Source: Rhynchobatus australiae | Taxonomy: Eukaryota | DNA: 64,000 bases | Direction of reading: 5' to 3' | Assembly (NCBI GenBank): GCA_034780895.1 | Contig: JAUZTB010000002.1 | Span: 67,980,390 to 68,044,389 of the forward strand | Part shown: positions 49,690-63,649 of the stretch, one piece after another | How the letters are laid out: every line of letters starts with the position of its first letter | Position numbering within the stretch: position 1 is the first letter of the stretch | Translations under genes and position numbers: made by a program | The notes under the pieces: model-generated | What the model saw: the letters and a program-made list of their open reading frames with translations, nothing else | Databases searched by the model: none | What the model was told of the DNA's origin: nothing

Positions 49690-51790
49690 CAGCCTTCCCT
49701 CTTTGAAAGAGTGTTCCACATATACACAGCAATACAGGTTCAGTCTGGTTCTCTCAGACCCTTAGAATTTTTAACTGTCTCTGAGGTTGTAATGATGTTT
49801 TTTTTATTTTGACCTGAACAATGTTTTGACATTCTGACCCAATTCGCTGATAACTTGTGTCTCCTACTTAGTGGTTAGATCTGTTAACTTCTGAAATAAA
49901 TTTATCTTTACATATTTATCCAAAATATTCTGCATCTCTCACTGCAATAATTTGGTCATCGTGAACACTTCTGATTTTTCTTGCAATTTGACAAGTTGTT
50001 GTTCAGTACCACCAATTTTAAACTCATCATTATCCCATGCCTGTATGTCCTACTCTCATTTTCTCCTGTTGCTTGAACTGCTTCTCTTTGCTTCATCCCA
50101 ATGAATTGTTGGGATGCAAATCATGATTTTTCTTTTGCTTCAACCACTGACCCTCCATCCTCTCCTCTAAACTGCCCTGCAGTAGACTTGAGCACATTCA
50201 GTCTGTGATGGAGAGTGAAGTCGTATGATCCTCAAAATAGGAAGTTAGCTAAGCAATGATTCATGATTAAACTCAAATCCTTGGAAATCCTGTCTTTCAG
50301 GTTCCCTAGGAATGCACACAGATATTTTGGCTGCACAGAATTGATGAGTACCTTCACCCTAATGAAGTATTCACCAGGTATGATATAAATTGAGGCAAGT
50401 TGTCTGATACCAGCTCTTCAGATACATCATGAGGCTATAAAATTTAATCTCAGCTCCTGAGTAACGGTTTCTGCTGTTGGGCATAATTCCTTATGATCCA
50501 TTTAGAATGAGTGTCAAAAAAGGATTAAGAAGTTGACGTTAACTTACTAAAAAAATTGACGTGAACTCTCTGAAATGATTGTGTTTGCAGGTGTACCTTT
50601 TTGGTGATTTTTGTTCTGGACTCAATAACAGAGTGTGCAGATTTGACACTAAATCTTCTCAATCACTGTCAATTCCTCACCATTATATAAAGCCTATTTG
50701 CAATGGGGTTATGTTCTGAGTGTAATTCATTGTAGATCTGTCTCCTCAGGGCATTGGGGAATGCCCATGCAATATGCCTTTGATCAGTAGAAAAATAGAA
50801 ACTTCAATTGTAAAATAGTTGCTCAACCACATTGGAACACTTGTCTAAATTGAGCTAACCTTTGAGATGATGCTCATTTATTTTTATGACATTTCAGTAA
50901 TATCTGCATTGTGACTGGAAAGTCATCATGTAAGAGTTAAGATCTTGATCCTGCTCCCTTTTGTAGTAATCTTCACCTGGTAACCTGGGTAAAGCATCCA
51001 CGACTGCATTTTGTTTGGAGGTCTGGTGCTCAATGGTGTACAGGCATTGTGATAACAGAATTGCCCATCTCTGCATTCTCAAAGTTGTCATAATTGGAAC
51101 CACTGATTTTGGATCTAGAATAGCTGATAGAGGGTTTGAGATCCCAAGTGAAACATCTTCCTGTTAGAAACAAGTGAAATTTCTTTACTCCAAAAATGAT
51201 GCCACACCCCTTTTACTTAACGTATGAATCACAAGCACCCATAATGCAACTAATACAGATGCGTCACTTGTAAACTTTTGTGCCCTTATCACGTCAGAAT
51301 GTACCAATTAAGTCTTATTGCTTCAAGCACTGCTGTACGAGTCATTTGCTCTCTCTCTCCATCATTGATTCTCACTCCATCTCCCTTTCTCTTTGTTTTT
51401 TGCAACTGGTGCAGTAGCGTCGGTCTAGTTTAAAAAATCCTGCGAAATACTGAACCACAGCCAAAAATAACATAAGTTCTGTCATATTTCCTGATCTCTT
51501 CAGTTTGACGATGGCTTTGACTTTGTCCCTGATAGGTAAACCATCAGTGTCCACATTTAATCTGAGTTGGACAACTTCTAATTGGAAAAAAGATCATTTA
51601 ATTTGTTCATCTTTCATGTTTTGATAATGTAGTTTTTTTTTGAAGCCTCTTCTAAAATGTGAAGGTAGCTTTCCACAGTTGTCATGGCAATGGTAAGGTC
51701 ATCCTTGTTAAAGGCAATAGTCCACATCTTGTGGGATGTCAACCATTGAAGACCGGAAAACCTCAAATAATTTTACGCCATGTGACAATT
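49500..51790 (-). mobile_element. Decayed Ty3/Gypsy LTR retrotransposon (RT-RNaseH-integrase, PPT, 3' LTR)
   Basis: Minus-strand order: KDDLTIA…YLHILEE (RT), DGLPIRDKVKAIV…TELMLFLAVVQYF, RMQRWAILLS…NAVVDALPRLP (RNaseH end), IPNALRRQIYNELHSEH (HHCC region), EELVSDNLPQF (integrase), PPT aaagagggaagg. Confidence 0.9.
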
Positions 51791-51809
51791 TGGTACAAGA
51801 GTACAGACC

Positions 51810-52000
51810 TTTTAAATTTAAAAAAAAAATTATTTACAGCGTGGTAACAGGCCCTTCCGGCCCAGTGAGTCTGCGCCGCCCATTTTAAACGCCAAATTAA
51901 CCTACCCGTACGTCTTTAGAATGTGGGAGGAAACTGGAGCACCCGGTTTCGGGATCACGAACCCCGATTGCTGGTGCTGTAATAGTGTTGTGCTAACCGT
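51810..52000 (-). mobile_element. V-SINE (same subfamily as 15043-15280), internally deleted
   Basis: atttacagcgtggtaacaggcccttccggccc…tgtgggaggaaactggagcaccc…cgaaccccgattgctggtgctgtaatag. Confidence 0.85.
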
Positions 52001-52384
52001 TTTTTTTTTGTATTTGTGCGGAGGTAATGTCAACACTCTNNNNNNNNNNNNNNNNNNNNNNNNNNNNNNNNNNNNNNNNNNNNNNNNNNNNNNNNNNNNN
52101 NNNNNNNNNNNNNNNNNNNNNNNNNNNNNNNNNNNNNNNAACTCCATTCTCCAGTTTGCCTAGCTCTTCTTACTCCTGAATATTTAGTGACTATGTCACT
52201 GCTAGAGCTTTGCAATATGAGCATCATCAAAGATTTCTTCATATTGATTAATAGCCTCACTAAGCATGATCTTACAGTGAAGCTAAATACATCTTGGATG
52301 CTAAATGCATCTCTCAAGATCACTAAATTGATCTTTAGGTTTCTTAGTGAATCCTTGCCTAGTAATAGCTTTTCTTGAGTTTCG

Positions 52385-52525
52385 TGTTTTGATAATGTTT
52401 TTTAAGAACCTCTTCTAAAATGTGAAGGTAGTTTTCCTCAGCAGTCATGCAATGGAAAGATTACTCTGGTTGAAGTCAGTTGTCAATATCTTGTGAGATC
52501 TCGGCCATTGAGGACTGGAAAACTC
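52385..52525 (-). mobile_element. Second, diverged copy of the Gypsy RT segment at 51615-51765
   Basis: Both share tgttttgataatgt and cctcttctaaaatgtgaaggtag. Translates TAEENYLHILEEVLKK. Confidence 0.75.
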
Positions 52526-52577
52526 CCTCTGTATCATCAGCTACCACTATTGGCTATTGGTGATTGTTAGTGACTAT

Positions 52578-52860
52578 GGAGCATCTCCCAAACCATGACC
52601 TCTACCAGCAAGGAGGACAAGGTGCATTGGAAGACCTTCACCTGCAGGTCCCCCGTTCGATTCACACACCATTCTGTTGTGGAAATATATCACTGCTTCT
52701 TCATTGTAACTGACTCTCAATCCTGGAACTCCCCACGCAAAGAACAGTAGGAGTACCTTCAGAAGAACTGCAGTGGTTCAAGAAAGTAGCTCACCACTAC
52801 TTTGAGGCATTTGGGGATGGCAATGAATTCTGGCTTTGCCAATGATGCCCAGATCTTAAA
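52578..52860 (+). mobile_element. CR1/L2-group LINE 3' UTR
   Basis: agcatctcccaaaccatgacctctacca…gaactgcagtggttcaagaaagtagctcacc…gccaatgatgcccagatc. Confidence 0.8.
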
Positions 52861-53202
52861 TATGGATATCAAAAAATATATATACTTGACCGGCTACTTT
52901 CACCGAAGCATGTCTTGAGACTTGGTGAACCTTCTATCAAAGGTATATGACTGAATTACCTGCTACTGGTGTCCCTACCCATGATGGAGCAATCAGTTGC
53001 TGTACCTCCATTCAATTCTACTGACTGGTGATTTACTTGTATTTATATCTTAAAATCTTACAGTTTTCCATAATTTCCACTTGCAGCATAAACTCTATAC
53101 ACACTTGGTTCTATCTGAATGTTTTATGCTGATTCCCTCTGTATTTTTCTGTTGGACAAATTTCCTGCCTGTTAAGGGTTTGCACTGGTGGCATTGCTTT
53201 AA

Positions 53203-53765
53203 GTCAGAGTTGTACAACATAGAAATGGGCCCTTCAGCCCAGCAAGCCCACCTTGACTGTTTTGCCTGTCTACACTAATCACATTTGGTCTGTATCCTTT
53301 AAGCTTTGCCAATTCAAGTCCCTATCTGATTGCCTCTTAAACAGAGTGATTGTATTACATCCACCACCTCCTCTGGCAGCACATTCAAAACGTCAATCAT
53401 TCCCTGATCCCCTCTGTCTCACCTTGAACCTATTCCCTTTTTTTAACCAGGAGATAAAATTCTGACTCTACCCTTTCTATGCCACTCATAATTTGATATA
53501 CCTCTGCCAGGTCATGCACAGCCTCTATTGCTCTGGGGAAAGCAAGACCCACCCATCCAACTAAGGTTCTCCAATCCAGCCGACGTCCTGTGAATCTGCT
53601 CTGCATCCTCTCCAATGCAATCAAAGCCTTCCTATAGCGCGGCGACCAAAAGCCTCACTAAAGTTCAAGTAGACGACATCTACCATGGTGCTTTCATCAA
53701 CCTCCTTGGTTACGTCCTCAAAAAAAAAGCTCTTTTGTGAGACAGGATTTCCCTGGCACAAGGTT
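53203..53765 (-). mobile_element. CR1 3' end with a juxtaposed RT remnant
   Basis: ALERMQSRFT…DLAEVYQIMSGIERV, FFEDVTKEVD…VDVVYLNFSEAF, tail aaatgggcccttcagccc. Confidence 0.8.
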
Positions 53766-54451
53766 GTTCAGGATTAGTTGTTCAGGGTTTAGATCCACAT
53801 GCCTTCGTTCTGTCTCTTCTGACACGGGAGCACATTTGCCTCCTTAAAGGAACAGACTTGGGGTGCCCATTATATCAGGAACAAGAATTTGCACCATCAT
53901 GCTCACACCTGTTGATGGTTGAAATTCCTTGGGATTTTTTTTGTTACTATTTGCATCAACAAAGCACTTTTGCAAACATAAGATTCAATGTTTAAAAATT
54001 TGGACTGAATCATCTGTTACTTAAGCCACATAAATCCATCCCACAGCACATGGTTTAGAATTCACTGCAATTTGCAATGTCTGCATAAATCTTGCAGTGC
54101 AACAATAGAGGTGCTGGCCATTTCTCTTGCTCTTAAGTTCCTTGTGTCAAGCTTGTAACCCTGCAATTTCAAATGGCTGTGGATTGAAATAATCCTCCAG
54201 TTTCTGCATCCATTCTGTGNNNNNNNNNNNNNNNNNNNNNNNNNNNNNNNNNNNNNNNNNNNNNNNNNNNNNNNNNNNNNNNNNNNNNNNNNNNNNNNNN
54301 NNNNNNNNNNNNNNNNNNNNNNNNNNNNNNNNNNNNNNNNNNNNNNNNNNNNNNNNNNNNNNNNNNNNNNNNNNNNNNNNNNNNNNNNNNNNNNNNNNNN
54401 NNNNNNNNNNNNNNNNNNNNNNNNNNNNNNNNNNNNNNNNNNNNNNNNNNN

Positions 54452-55610
54452 GACTAAGAGAGAGTATGGGAAAAGATTGGCAGTAAACATAAATGGAATC
54501 CAAAAATATTCCACTGGTTTGTAAACAGGAAAAGAATTGTAAGATAAGAGGTGGGGTTGTTCAGAGACCAAAAATGAAATCTACTGATGGAGCCAGAGAG
54601 TGTGACTGAGGATTAAATGAGTACATTACATCAGTGAGAGGTTTTTCTACATGGAAGAAATATATATACTGAGTTTCCTGGAGTTAGTACCAGGACCACT
54701 GACTTTCTTAATTTATATTAATGACTTGGACTTGGGTGTGCAGGGAACAATTTCCAAATTTGTGAATGACACAGACTTTGGCACTGCAAACATGAGGAAA
54801 GCAATAGACTTCAAGGAGATATTGACAGGCTGGTGAAATGAGTGAAAACGGGTGCCAGATGAATTTTAATGCTGAGAAATGTCCTATATTTTGATAGGAA
54901 GAATGTGAAGAGAATATAAAGTAGAGGGCACAATTTTAAAAAGGATGCAAAAAGACAGATCTGGAGGTATATGTTCAAAGTTTGTTGAAAGTGACAGAGC
55001 AAACTGAGAAAGCATGCAGAATTCTAGCACGATAAATACAGTCATAGAATACAAGAACAAGGAAGTCATGATGAACCCATATTAATCATTTGCTCTGCTT
55101 TAGCTGGAGTATTGTGTCAGGTTCTAGCTCCACACTTTAGGAAAAATATAAAAGCTTTGTAGAGGGTGCAGAAGAGATTTACCAGAATGATTTCATGTAT
55201 GAGGGAATTTAATTATATGGCTAGCCTAGAAAAATTAGGGTTATTTTCCATGGAACAGAGGAGATTGTGAGGAGATACGATGGAGGTATTTAACACCATA
55301 AAAGGTATAGACCAGATAGCAGGAGAGAAATTATTCCCATTGGCTGGGTAGTGAAGAACCAGCGGACGCAGAATGAAAGCGATTGCCAGAAGAACCAAAA
55401 ATAACAACCAAGTCATTAGGGTCTGGGATGCACTGTGGTGTGTGATGGAGGCAGATTCGTTGCTCTAAAGGGAGTGGGATAAGTATCTGAAAGGAAAGAA
55501 TTTTCAGGGCTATGGAGAAAGGGAAGAGAGTGGGACTAATTGGATTGCTCTTATATATAGCTGGTATGGACTCATTGGGTGAATGGCCTCGCTCCATTTT
55601 GTTACCATCT
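54452..55610 (+). mobile_element. Decayed CR1 (internally deleted ORF2 to 3' UTR)
   Basis: GPLTFLIYINDLDLGVQGTISKFVNDT, LEYCVRF, ERVQKRFTRMI, tail ggactcattgggtgaatggcctc. Confidence 0.85.
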
Positions 55611-56124
55611 CTAGCTATCTCGGTATTCAGTGCCTGTGCATTTCTCAAAGTAATTCTTTACATTGGGAATGTTTTTTTGCGAAACGGAACATTTTCATTT
55701 TCTCCACATCTCCTCTCCTGACCTCGTGATGGAAGGAAGGTCATTGATATAAAAGCTGACGATGGTGCCATCTAGGAAACTGCCCTAGGGAACATTTGCA
55801 GTGATGCCCCAAGGCTGAGGTGATTGGCCTTCAGCAAGCAATATGATCTTCCCTTTTTTTTTGCAATGTACAACTCCAATCGTCAGAGTCATACCTCAAA
55901 TGGTAAATCAGCATGTAGATGTTTGAGTCAATTGATTCACAAGTACAGGGTCTTAATTGAATTCTTTAGTTGAAGATACAGGGATGGAAAATTGAGCTGT
56001 CTCTATAGGAATCACTTGCTCCCCAAGACATAAGTGGCACTCTGTGACCCTCTCCCTCTGAACCCAAGGCCACAGAACATCGTTGTGTCATTGAGATTAT
56101 GCATTGTTGCAAATTGGTTAAGAT

Positions 56125-56265
56125 GACAGGACTAGTAGTCAGAGGCTTGGACTTTCTATCACGTGACACAAGTTCAAATCTCACTCTGGCACCTGGGGAA
56201 CTTAAATTCAAGTAATTAAATAAATCAAAGATGTTGGCATCAGCATGGGGACCATGAAACTCATA
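56125..56265 (+). mobile_element. SINE 5' head fragment (family of 6897-7212)
   Basis: agttcaaatctcac B-box followed by …aaattcaagtaattaaataaatc…gaccatgaaac. Confidence 0.55.
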
Positions 56266-58899
56266 AATTATTGAAGATTGAAAATAAGAGGGTGGTTGTG
56301 GTAATTAGGGCAAGAAGGGTTAAACTCCTGAGTGCGTAACCCCTCTTCAACCCACTATTTGTAGTTTTATGTCTCACTGCCTGGGCTGAGGTTACCTTAG
56401 AAATATATAGTATTTGCATCGAGATTTTTGTGGACCGGTGAAACAATCACAGCAAATGGCAAGGATTTCATTTTGGAAGCTGGTGGGGAAGATGTTATGG
56501 TGTTTCTGAAGGTGAACAGAAAGCCTTTTTCACTGTGCCATCTGTAAGGTGTTTAAGGTAAACGTGGGCACTTTCAGAACAGGATTTTCTAATGGAACTG
56601 ATAGACAAAAGTATTTTCAATACATTTTGAGCCGGAATGTGATGACCTTCTACATTTTTAAAGATAGGATAGATAATCTCAAATATGTATTTGTTGCTTT
56701 CTGTTTTTAAGTCACTCTATAAAAATGCTATGATTGATTAAACTGTATCAAAGTAAGTTCTTTAATATCTGAAAATGCAATTGAAATGCTTTTAGAGTGA
56801 ATAAGAGCTAATTTTAGCAATGCATCTCCCATCAGCAATGGGCAGATTCTGAAGCAGCAATAAGCCTTCTAGTAATAAAAATAGAAAATGCCAGAGATGC
56901 AAGGCNNNNNNNNNNNNNNNNNNNNNNNNNNNNNNNNNNNNNNNNNNNNNNNNNNNNNNNNNNNNNNNNNNNNNNNNNNNNNNNNNNNNNNNNNNNNNNN
57001 NNNNNCTGAATATTGTATAAAATGCAATACTTAATGACCGTACATCCTATGTTTGTACATACATTGTTTGTACCTGAAAAGTCAATATATTTCTGTTATG
57101 TGTATTTTTTCTGCCATAAATATCTCGTATTAATGGGTTTCTTCTTTAATAGCTTCAGAGATTTGAAAATCAATGTTGTTTGAGAAGAGTGAGAGGATTC
57201 AACAGTGTTGTCATTTCCAGTTACAGCATATTTCAGAATGGATTTTCTTCCATTTTCTGAGTATTTTGCTGCCTGCCATAATCTTAGTGTTAAAAGTATA
57301 GGGTCATAGAGGCAGCAGCTAATGGAATATGCCCTCTATTATAATTATTGTATTGCTTCTCTGGAGCAGTCAGTGTGGTTCTGAATCACAATGTAGCAAA
57401 AACTGGGTAATCCCTGTGGCCTGCATTTCTGCAGCTCAAACATTAATAATATTTTGTTCTGCTTCATAAAATTCGTGAGTCAATTTTTTTCTAATTAAAG
57501 ATTTAATTTCTCGTGGCTATCTTCCAAGGAGATGCCATACAGATAGATTTTCTAAATAATTACATCCATGTGACTAGCAAAAATATTTGTTGGCTTGATG
57601 CAGTGTTGTCAGTGAGTTGGAGACAGGGCAGGGCAAATGACTCACGGCAAGCAGTCTTTTGACAGCAAGCAAAGTCAATTTACTCGGAAAACAGAATCTA
57701 ATTTAAGAGCAGAGGAAACAAGGTCTAGCAACTTCTAATAAAAGCAGGGGCAATTTCTCCAGAAGAATGTAGTGAGTGGAGCATTGTCACATGCCAACCT
57801 TGTCCAGAAGATCATTTTCAGTCATTTATAGATGTGCAGTCACCAAGCCTGATTGACTCAATTAGCTCCACATGGGCTAGCTATAGCTTTGTGACTAGAT
57901 GCAGCCTATAAATAACACAGTTGGCTTCTGGCACAAATATGGAAAGGGAAGTTCTAAATTAGCCCTGAATTTCCTTGGACTTTGAAGCCGTGCAAAAAAT
58001 GTTGGTAGCACCACATTTTGCACAAATTAATGGGATTCTAATGGTTTAACTCCTCTTGGTCCATGCCTCAGTCTTTACCCATCCACTTTAGTACAACTAT
58101 AAATACCTGGAAGTATGTGTGCATTAAGGTCATTGTCATATTTTCAATTCCACCATTGCTGATATTCTAAAACCTGCAACTGATTTGACCAGGTATCACA
58201 CTCCACAATAAAACATATCATTAGCAATTTGCCAAAATCCCACTCATTAACAAAAGGGGATTGGGAGAGTCGGCATACAGATTATCCAGCAACATTTTGT
58301 TGTTCTCAGCAAATCGGGCCTTTCTGTCACTTTCTATGACTTCCCCATCACTATTCCGTGGAATATTGTGCTCCACTCATGGACCACATTCACAAGAGGT
58401 GGCAGCACAGAGGTGTAAAGAAAATAAATCTTGCACAATGCTTCTGGACCTCATGAACCAGACCAACCACCTTCTGATTGGCACATCCCACTCTCCCTCA
58501 GCTGATGAACCATTTTATTCTCACCACCTGGAACTAGCAAGAGTGCAGAATGTATGTGACTCATTAGCAACCCTGCTAACCTGCTAGATTAGTCCAGCAA
58601 GAACAAAGCTGTGGGTCTTGGTGTGCATTTAACAGGCTGGCCAGCAACCTGGTGGAAACATCAGCAGCACAGCTCATTACCAAAGACCTGGACGTAGGCT
58701 GACATTGATGATTCAGTGGGCCAACGATCCAGTTTCCATGCTGTGTGACTCTCTGACCATTGTGCTAAATAAAAGACCCAGAACATCTTTAGTGGCTGAG
58801 AANNNNNNNNNNNNNTGATGCATGGTGAGACATCAGCTCACAGTACTAAATCATAATCTGTAACCTTAGAGATCAGCATATCCCTCACTATATTACCAT

Positions 58900-59215
58900 C
58901 AACCTGGGTAATCATTGGCACCCCAACCATCTGCAAAACCATCTACACCAACAAAATCTATTGAAGTTGCCTTGGAGAATAGTCATTGGATTATCACAAA
59001 CCCACTAAGAAGGGCACAGGCAGTAGGCAAATGGAAATGTCACAATTTGCATGTTTTCTTCAAGTCACATACCATCCTGACTTGGAAATAAATTGTTGTT
59101 GAAGCAAAATCAAGGAGCTACCCCCGCTAAAGGCACTGTTACAGTAATTTCATCATGAGAACTGGAATATTTCAAGAAAGCACCTTACTATCACTTTCTC
59201 AAGGGCAATAAGCAC
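58900..59215 (+). mobile_element. Old CR1/L2-group LINE 3' fragment
   Basis: caagtcacataccatcctgacttggaaata…ttcaagaaagcacc…ctttctcaagggcaat. Confidence 0.65.
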
Positions 59216-61567
59216 AAAGAGTGAATTTAAAAATGTGGAAGATGCATAAAAAGTATTAAACTTAAATTCAAAGCAAATAGAAAGGTGTCAAGAAACATTA
59301 ATTTTCTGGAAACTTCCAGTTGGTAACACTAAACAGCAGCATCAGCATGTCGTGCCCTGCAACTGAAATTTCAGAGGCAGAGCTCATCACATTGAAGCTA
59401 CAAAATGAAGCATTTAGTATGACTGACCAGGGACAAATTTCTGACTTTATACAGAAACCTTTTGAACCTGTTGGATAAAAGAAAATGCAGCAAAAATTCA
59501 ACAATTGCAGCAAAGCTGCACAATTCACTTGGACCTAAAATTTAATTTAGTTATACAGCTTGCAATGTTCAAATGGTTTAAACCTACTATTCCTGTAAAG
59601 TATTTATTTAATTCATGGAGACTCTTCCCCATATTCCTTTAGAATTGGGACAGAAACAAAATGGAATGATATCAGTTTATCTCTAACTAGACTCCTTGTC
59701 ATTTCCAAGGAAATACTTGGAAATCCAAGGGCCCACTGGGAAGTCCTGCTTCTGCTTAATTTTTACAGAAGGGAGTTCCCTTGTAGTGTGCTGCCTACTG
59801 AAGTGACTTGGGCCTTAATTTTGTGCAATTCTGCAAAACAGGTGGTAGTGAATCANNNNNNNNNNNNNNNNNNNNNNNNNNNNNNNNNNNNNNNNNNNNN
59901 NNNNNNNNNNNNNNNNNNNNNNNNNNNNNNNNNNNNNNNNNNNNNNNNNNNNNNNNNNNNNNNNNNNNNNNNNNNNNNNNNNATCCCTTTTCCCCTCCAC
60001 CATCCATCTTAGTGCAGCAATTATGGCAGGATGGATGTAGGTCTCCCTGGTGAGGTCCTGCAGTTGTAATCATTTTTAAAAGCCAACTAAGAATGGGGGG
60101 AAAATAAAATATAGTGGAAAACTGCCAAAGAGAGAAGTCTATGTCATCCCTTTCTATTTAAATTTTGGTGCAAGCTAATCCCCAGGCCAATGCAGATATA
60201 GTTCCTACTCAGTATAGTGATGTGCTAATGATGAAGATCACCTCAAGATCCCATGTGAACAACTGGCAGCAGGTTCACCGTGGACCTTGTATTCAGGGTG
60301 AGGTGGGGATAGTGCAGGAACGCAGTCTTGCAGGGAAAACCTAACAGGGTTTATGGATGCATGGGTCTCCTCCATTTTTTATCTCGCAGCCGGCCAATTT
60401 AATTGACTGGCCAGCAGCAGTCCCTGGACACAGGCAGAGGTTGATGATTCAGGGTGGGAAGGGACGGAGTGACCTTAATCAGCAGAGAGTGAATACCCAG
60501 GGGGTTGCATTCCTGCTTCTACTGACCCCAGGGAGTGCTGTAAAAAGGTGCTCATATTGCTGTGCTGGTAACTTCAGCCTTCCTTTCACTATCAGGTTTC
60601 CTGAACCCTGGGAAACCTAGTAAATAGCTGTAAAATATGAATTCAGCTTCCAATTACACCATGGAAACCTGATTTAAATATATTAATGAAATTCCTTTCT
60701 ACTTGAGTCTGGAAACTTGCACAGCAAGCTAGCCATCACTGCTAAAACATTGTTGTGNNNNAACCTTCCTGAATTTTTTTTTAGCCCAGATCCCTCCCCA
60801 CTCTCACCCCACCTTATCAAATGCAGTTCACTCTGGTGTTCATTTCAGGGCCAACATGTCGACAGATGAGGCAGCATATTTGGAGAAAGAAACAAGAAGG
60901 TTTTGGATTGATAACCTTTCACCTGAAAGGTTTTCATTCAAACCACTTTTCCATTCTCAGTACCTTCCTTGTGGTAAACTCCAGAGGTAGCTTGATTCCT
61001 GTTTAGACCACATGTAGAGCTGCATTTGTTTAATGAAGATTGTCAGCTAACAAAGTCAGGAGATGTCAGTTTTGGAAAGGAGATCTGAAAGAGACCAGTA
61101 CCCCTTTTCAGGACATAGAGATGCCTCTTTTACTACCTTCCCTGCTCTGTCAGGCAAGAATTCCTGATAGAATTGTCCCACCAGGATCATTGATTATAAG
61201 CAATGTTCCCATTTTCAACTGACAATCCATTATTATTTGGAAAAAGAAGATGGGACTAAGTGAATGGTAGTTTCAAAAGGAGTAAATTAGATTTTCAGTG
61301 GGAGATATTCATAGATGCAGTAGAATCATGGAGGACATTACAGCTCTGTGCATGCCTTTTTATTTTTCATTTATTGAATGGTAATTTGCATGCACAATTT
61401 ACTCAAAATGACTCTAATGCTTGTAATAGTAATGCAGCTTTTAGTGTACCAGCTGCTGCCTTTCAAAGAGCAAGAAGTTACCAGTTGCCTTTGAGTGAAG
61501 TGCAAGGCCAAATCTCATCAAACGTCAACAATCTCACTGAGGTCATTCACTAACACACTGAAACAAA

Positions 61568-62360
61568 CACAGAACATTACAGTACAGGTGCTTTGTCCAT
61601 AATTTTGTGCAGACCTTTTAACCTATTCTAAGATCCATCTAACCATTCCCTCCCACGTAGCCATCCATTTTCCTTTCTTTCATGTGCCTATCTAAGAGTC
61701 TCTTAAATGTCCCTAATGCACTGTATCTGCCTTTACCAGCACCCCTGAAAGCACCTTCCACACACCCACCACTCTTTTTTAAAGAAGAAACAACTTGCCT
61801 CCTCCCTGTATCTTCCTCCAATCACCTTAAAATTATGCCCCTCGTGTTAGCCATTTCCAGGTAGCATCCTGGTGAATCTCTTCTGCACCCTTTCTAAAGC
61901 TTCTACATCCTTCCTATAAATGAGGCAACCAGAACTGAACACAATATTCTAGGTGTGGTCTAACCAGAGTTCTATAGAGCTGCAACATTACCTCACGACT
62001 CTTGAACTCAATCCCCTGACTAATGAAGGCCAACACGCCAAATGCCACCTTAACACCCCTATCAACGTGCACAGCAACTTTGACGGATGTATGGACTTGG
62101 ACCCCAAGATCCCTCCTGTTCCTCCACACTGCTAAGAATCCTGTCATTAACCCTGTATTCTGCCTTCATTCTGACTTTCCAAAGTGAATCACTTCATACT
62201 TTTCCAGGTTGCAATCCATCTGCTGCTTCTCAGCCCAACTTTGCATCCTATCCATATCCTGTTATAACCCTTGGCAACCTTCTGCACTATCCACAACACC
62301 ACCAACCTTCATATCATATGAAAACTTACAAACCCACCCACCTCATCATCCAAGTCATTT
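61568..62360 (-). mobile_element. CR1 3' end, internally deleted
   Basis: RDLGVQVHTSVKVAVHVDR…LYRTLVRPHLEYCVQFWLPH, tail cagaacattacagtacagg. Confidence 0.9.
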
Positions 62361-63649
62361 ATTATGTCATATCCGACCTTTAGAGACAATAGATATTGAC
62401 CTGGATTTTGCAAACGTAATGAAACAAATGTTAGTGCTTATAGCTGTTAGATCCAGTTATCAACATTGGACCAAGGCCAGTCTTTGAGTGGAGTCCTCAT
62501 TTAGATGTTCCCTGCACTTCACTGCAGCCAGCTTGCCGGAGAATAATTTGCTGCCAATCTGTGATGCATGGCTCGGGAATCTGTCATCCCACTTCAGCTT
62601 CAGTTCTCTTGGCAATTAGTGTTCCTGTAGCCACTCCAAGGCCTACGTGGCCAGTAACCACAATCAATGTTCCAGGGAGATGGTCGTCTAAACAGAGGTT
62701 TGGATCCTTGCAATTTCCAGTGACATCACCCTTCCTGCTGCTGCTCATTGATTCTCCTTTTCAATGATNNNNNNNNNNNNNNNNNNNNNNNNNNNNNNNN
62801 NNNNNNNNNNNNNNNNNNCATGCCTTCTGATACAGACCTCTGCCCCAACTACTGACAACCACTTATGGTTCCTGAGCCACCAGGTTGCAGAGCCAACCAC
62901 TTGGCCTATTGTGCGAGTAGCTGAGCTTGTGTCTGCTTCAAAACAGGTCATCAGCTCTGAGGATCCATCAAGCAAGGCAGGAAGGGAAAGATATAATTAG
63001 TGCTGGTAGGGCAAGAACATCATTATCAAGGTGATTATATTACATATGGCTAAATTAACATTAGTATTAGTGGATGTTGCACGCCATGTGGATAGATGAT
63101 GATGGGCTGCATCATTACTGGATTTGACCCATCTCCTGAACCTGCTGCCAGTGGTCCCTGCCTGCCCGCCCACCCACTCACCCACCTTACCTGACCCGAA
63201 TGTAGAGGGCAGAATGAGGTGGCCCTCTGCACCTGCGAGGCATCCGGGAAGGCGTAGCAAGCCACCGGCAGTGACTTGGTCTCAGGTGCCCTAGTACTGA
63301 GTCCGTGCTGGGAGTGCATTTCAGTCTCTTGTCAGCACGGGGAAGCATTTAATTTGCTGTTNNNNNNNNNNNNNNNNNNNNNNNNNNNNNNNNNNNNNNN
63401 NNNNNNNNNNNNNAAATAACTAGTTAAGAAAAATTTGTAAAAGTTAAGAATAAAGTTAATCAAAAGCACATTAAAACACTAAGAACTAATTTAGATCACC
63501 TAAAACAAAGTAATTAAACGTGTATATTCCTTGCCTTACATTTCTTCTCCTGATCTGCAGTTGTGCAATACCCATTGACGGGAGTCTCCATTCCTATACC
63601 AGGTCTAACCTAGTTTAATACTGGAGAGGCAGAATTGCCAGTGTAATGT

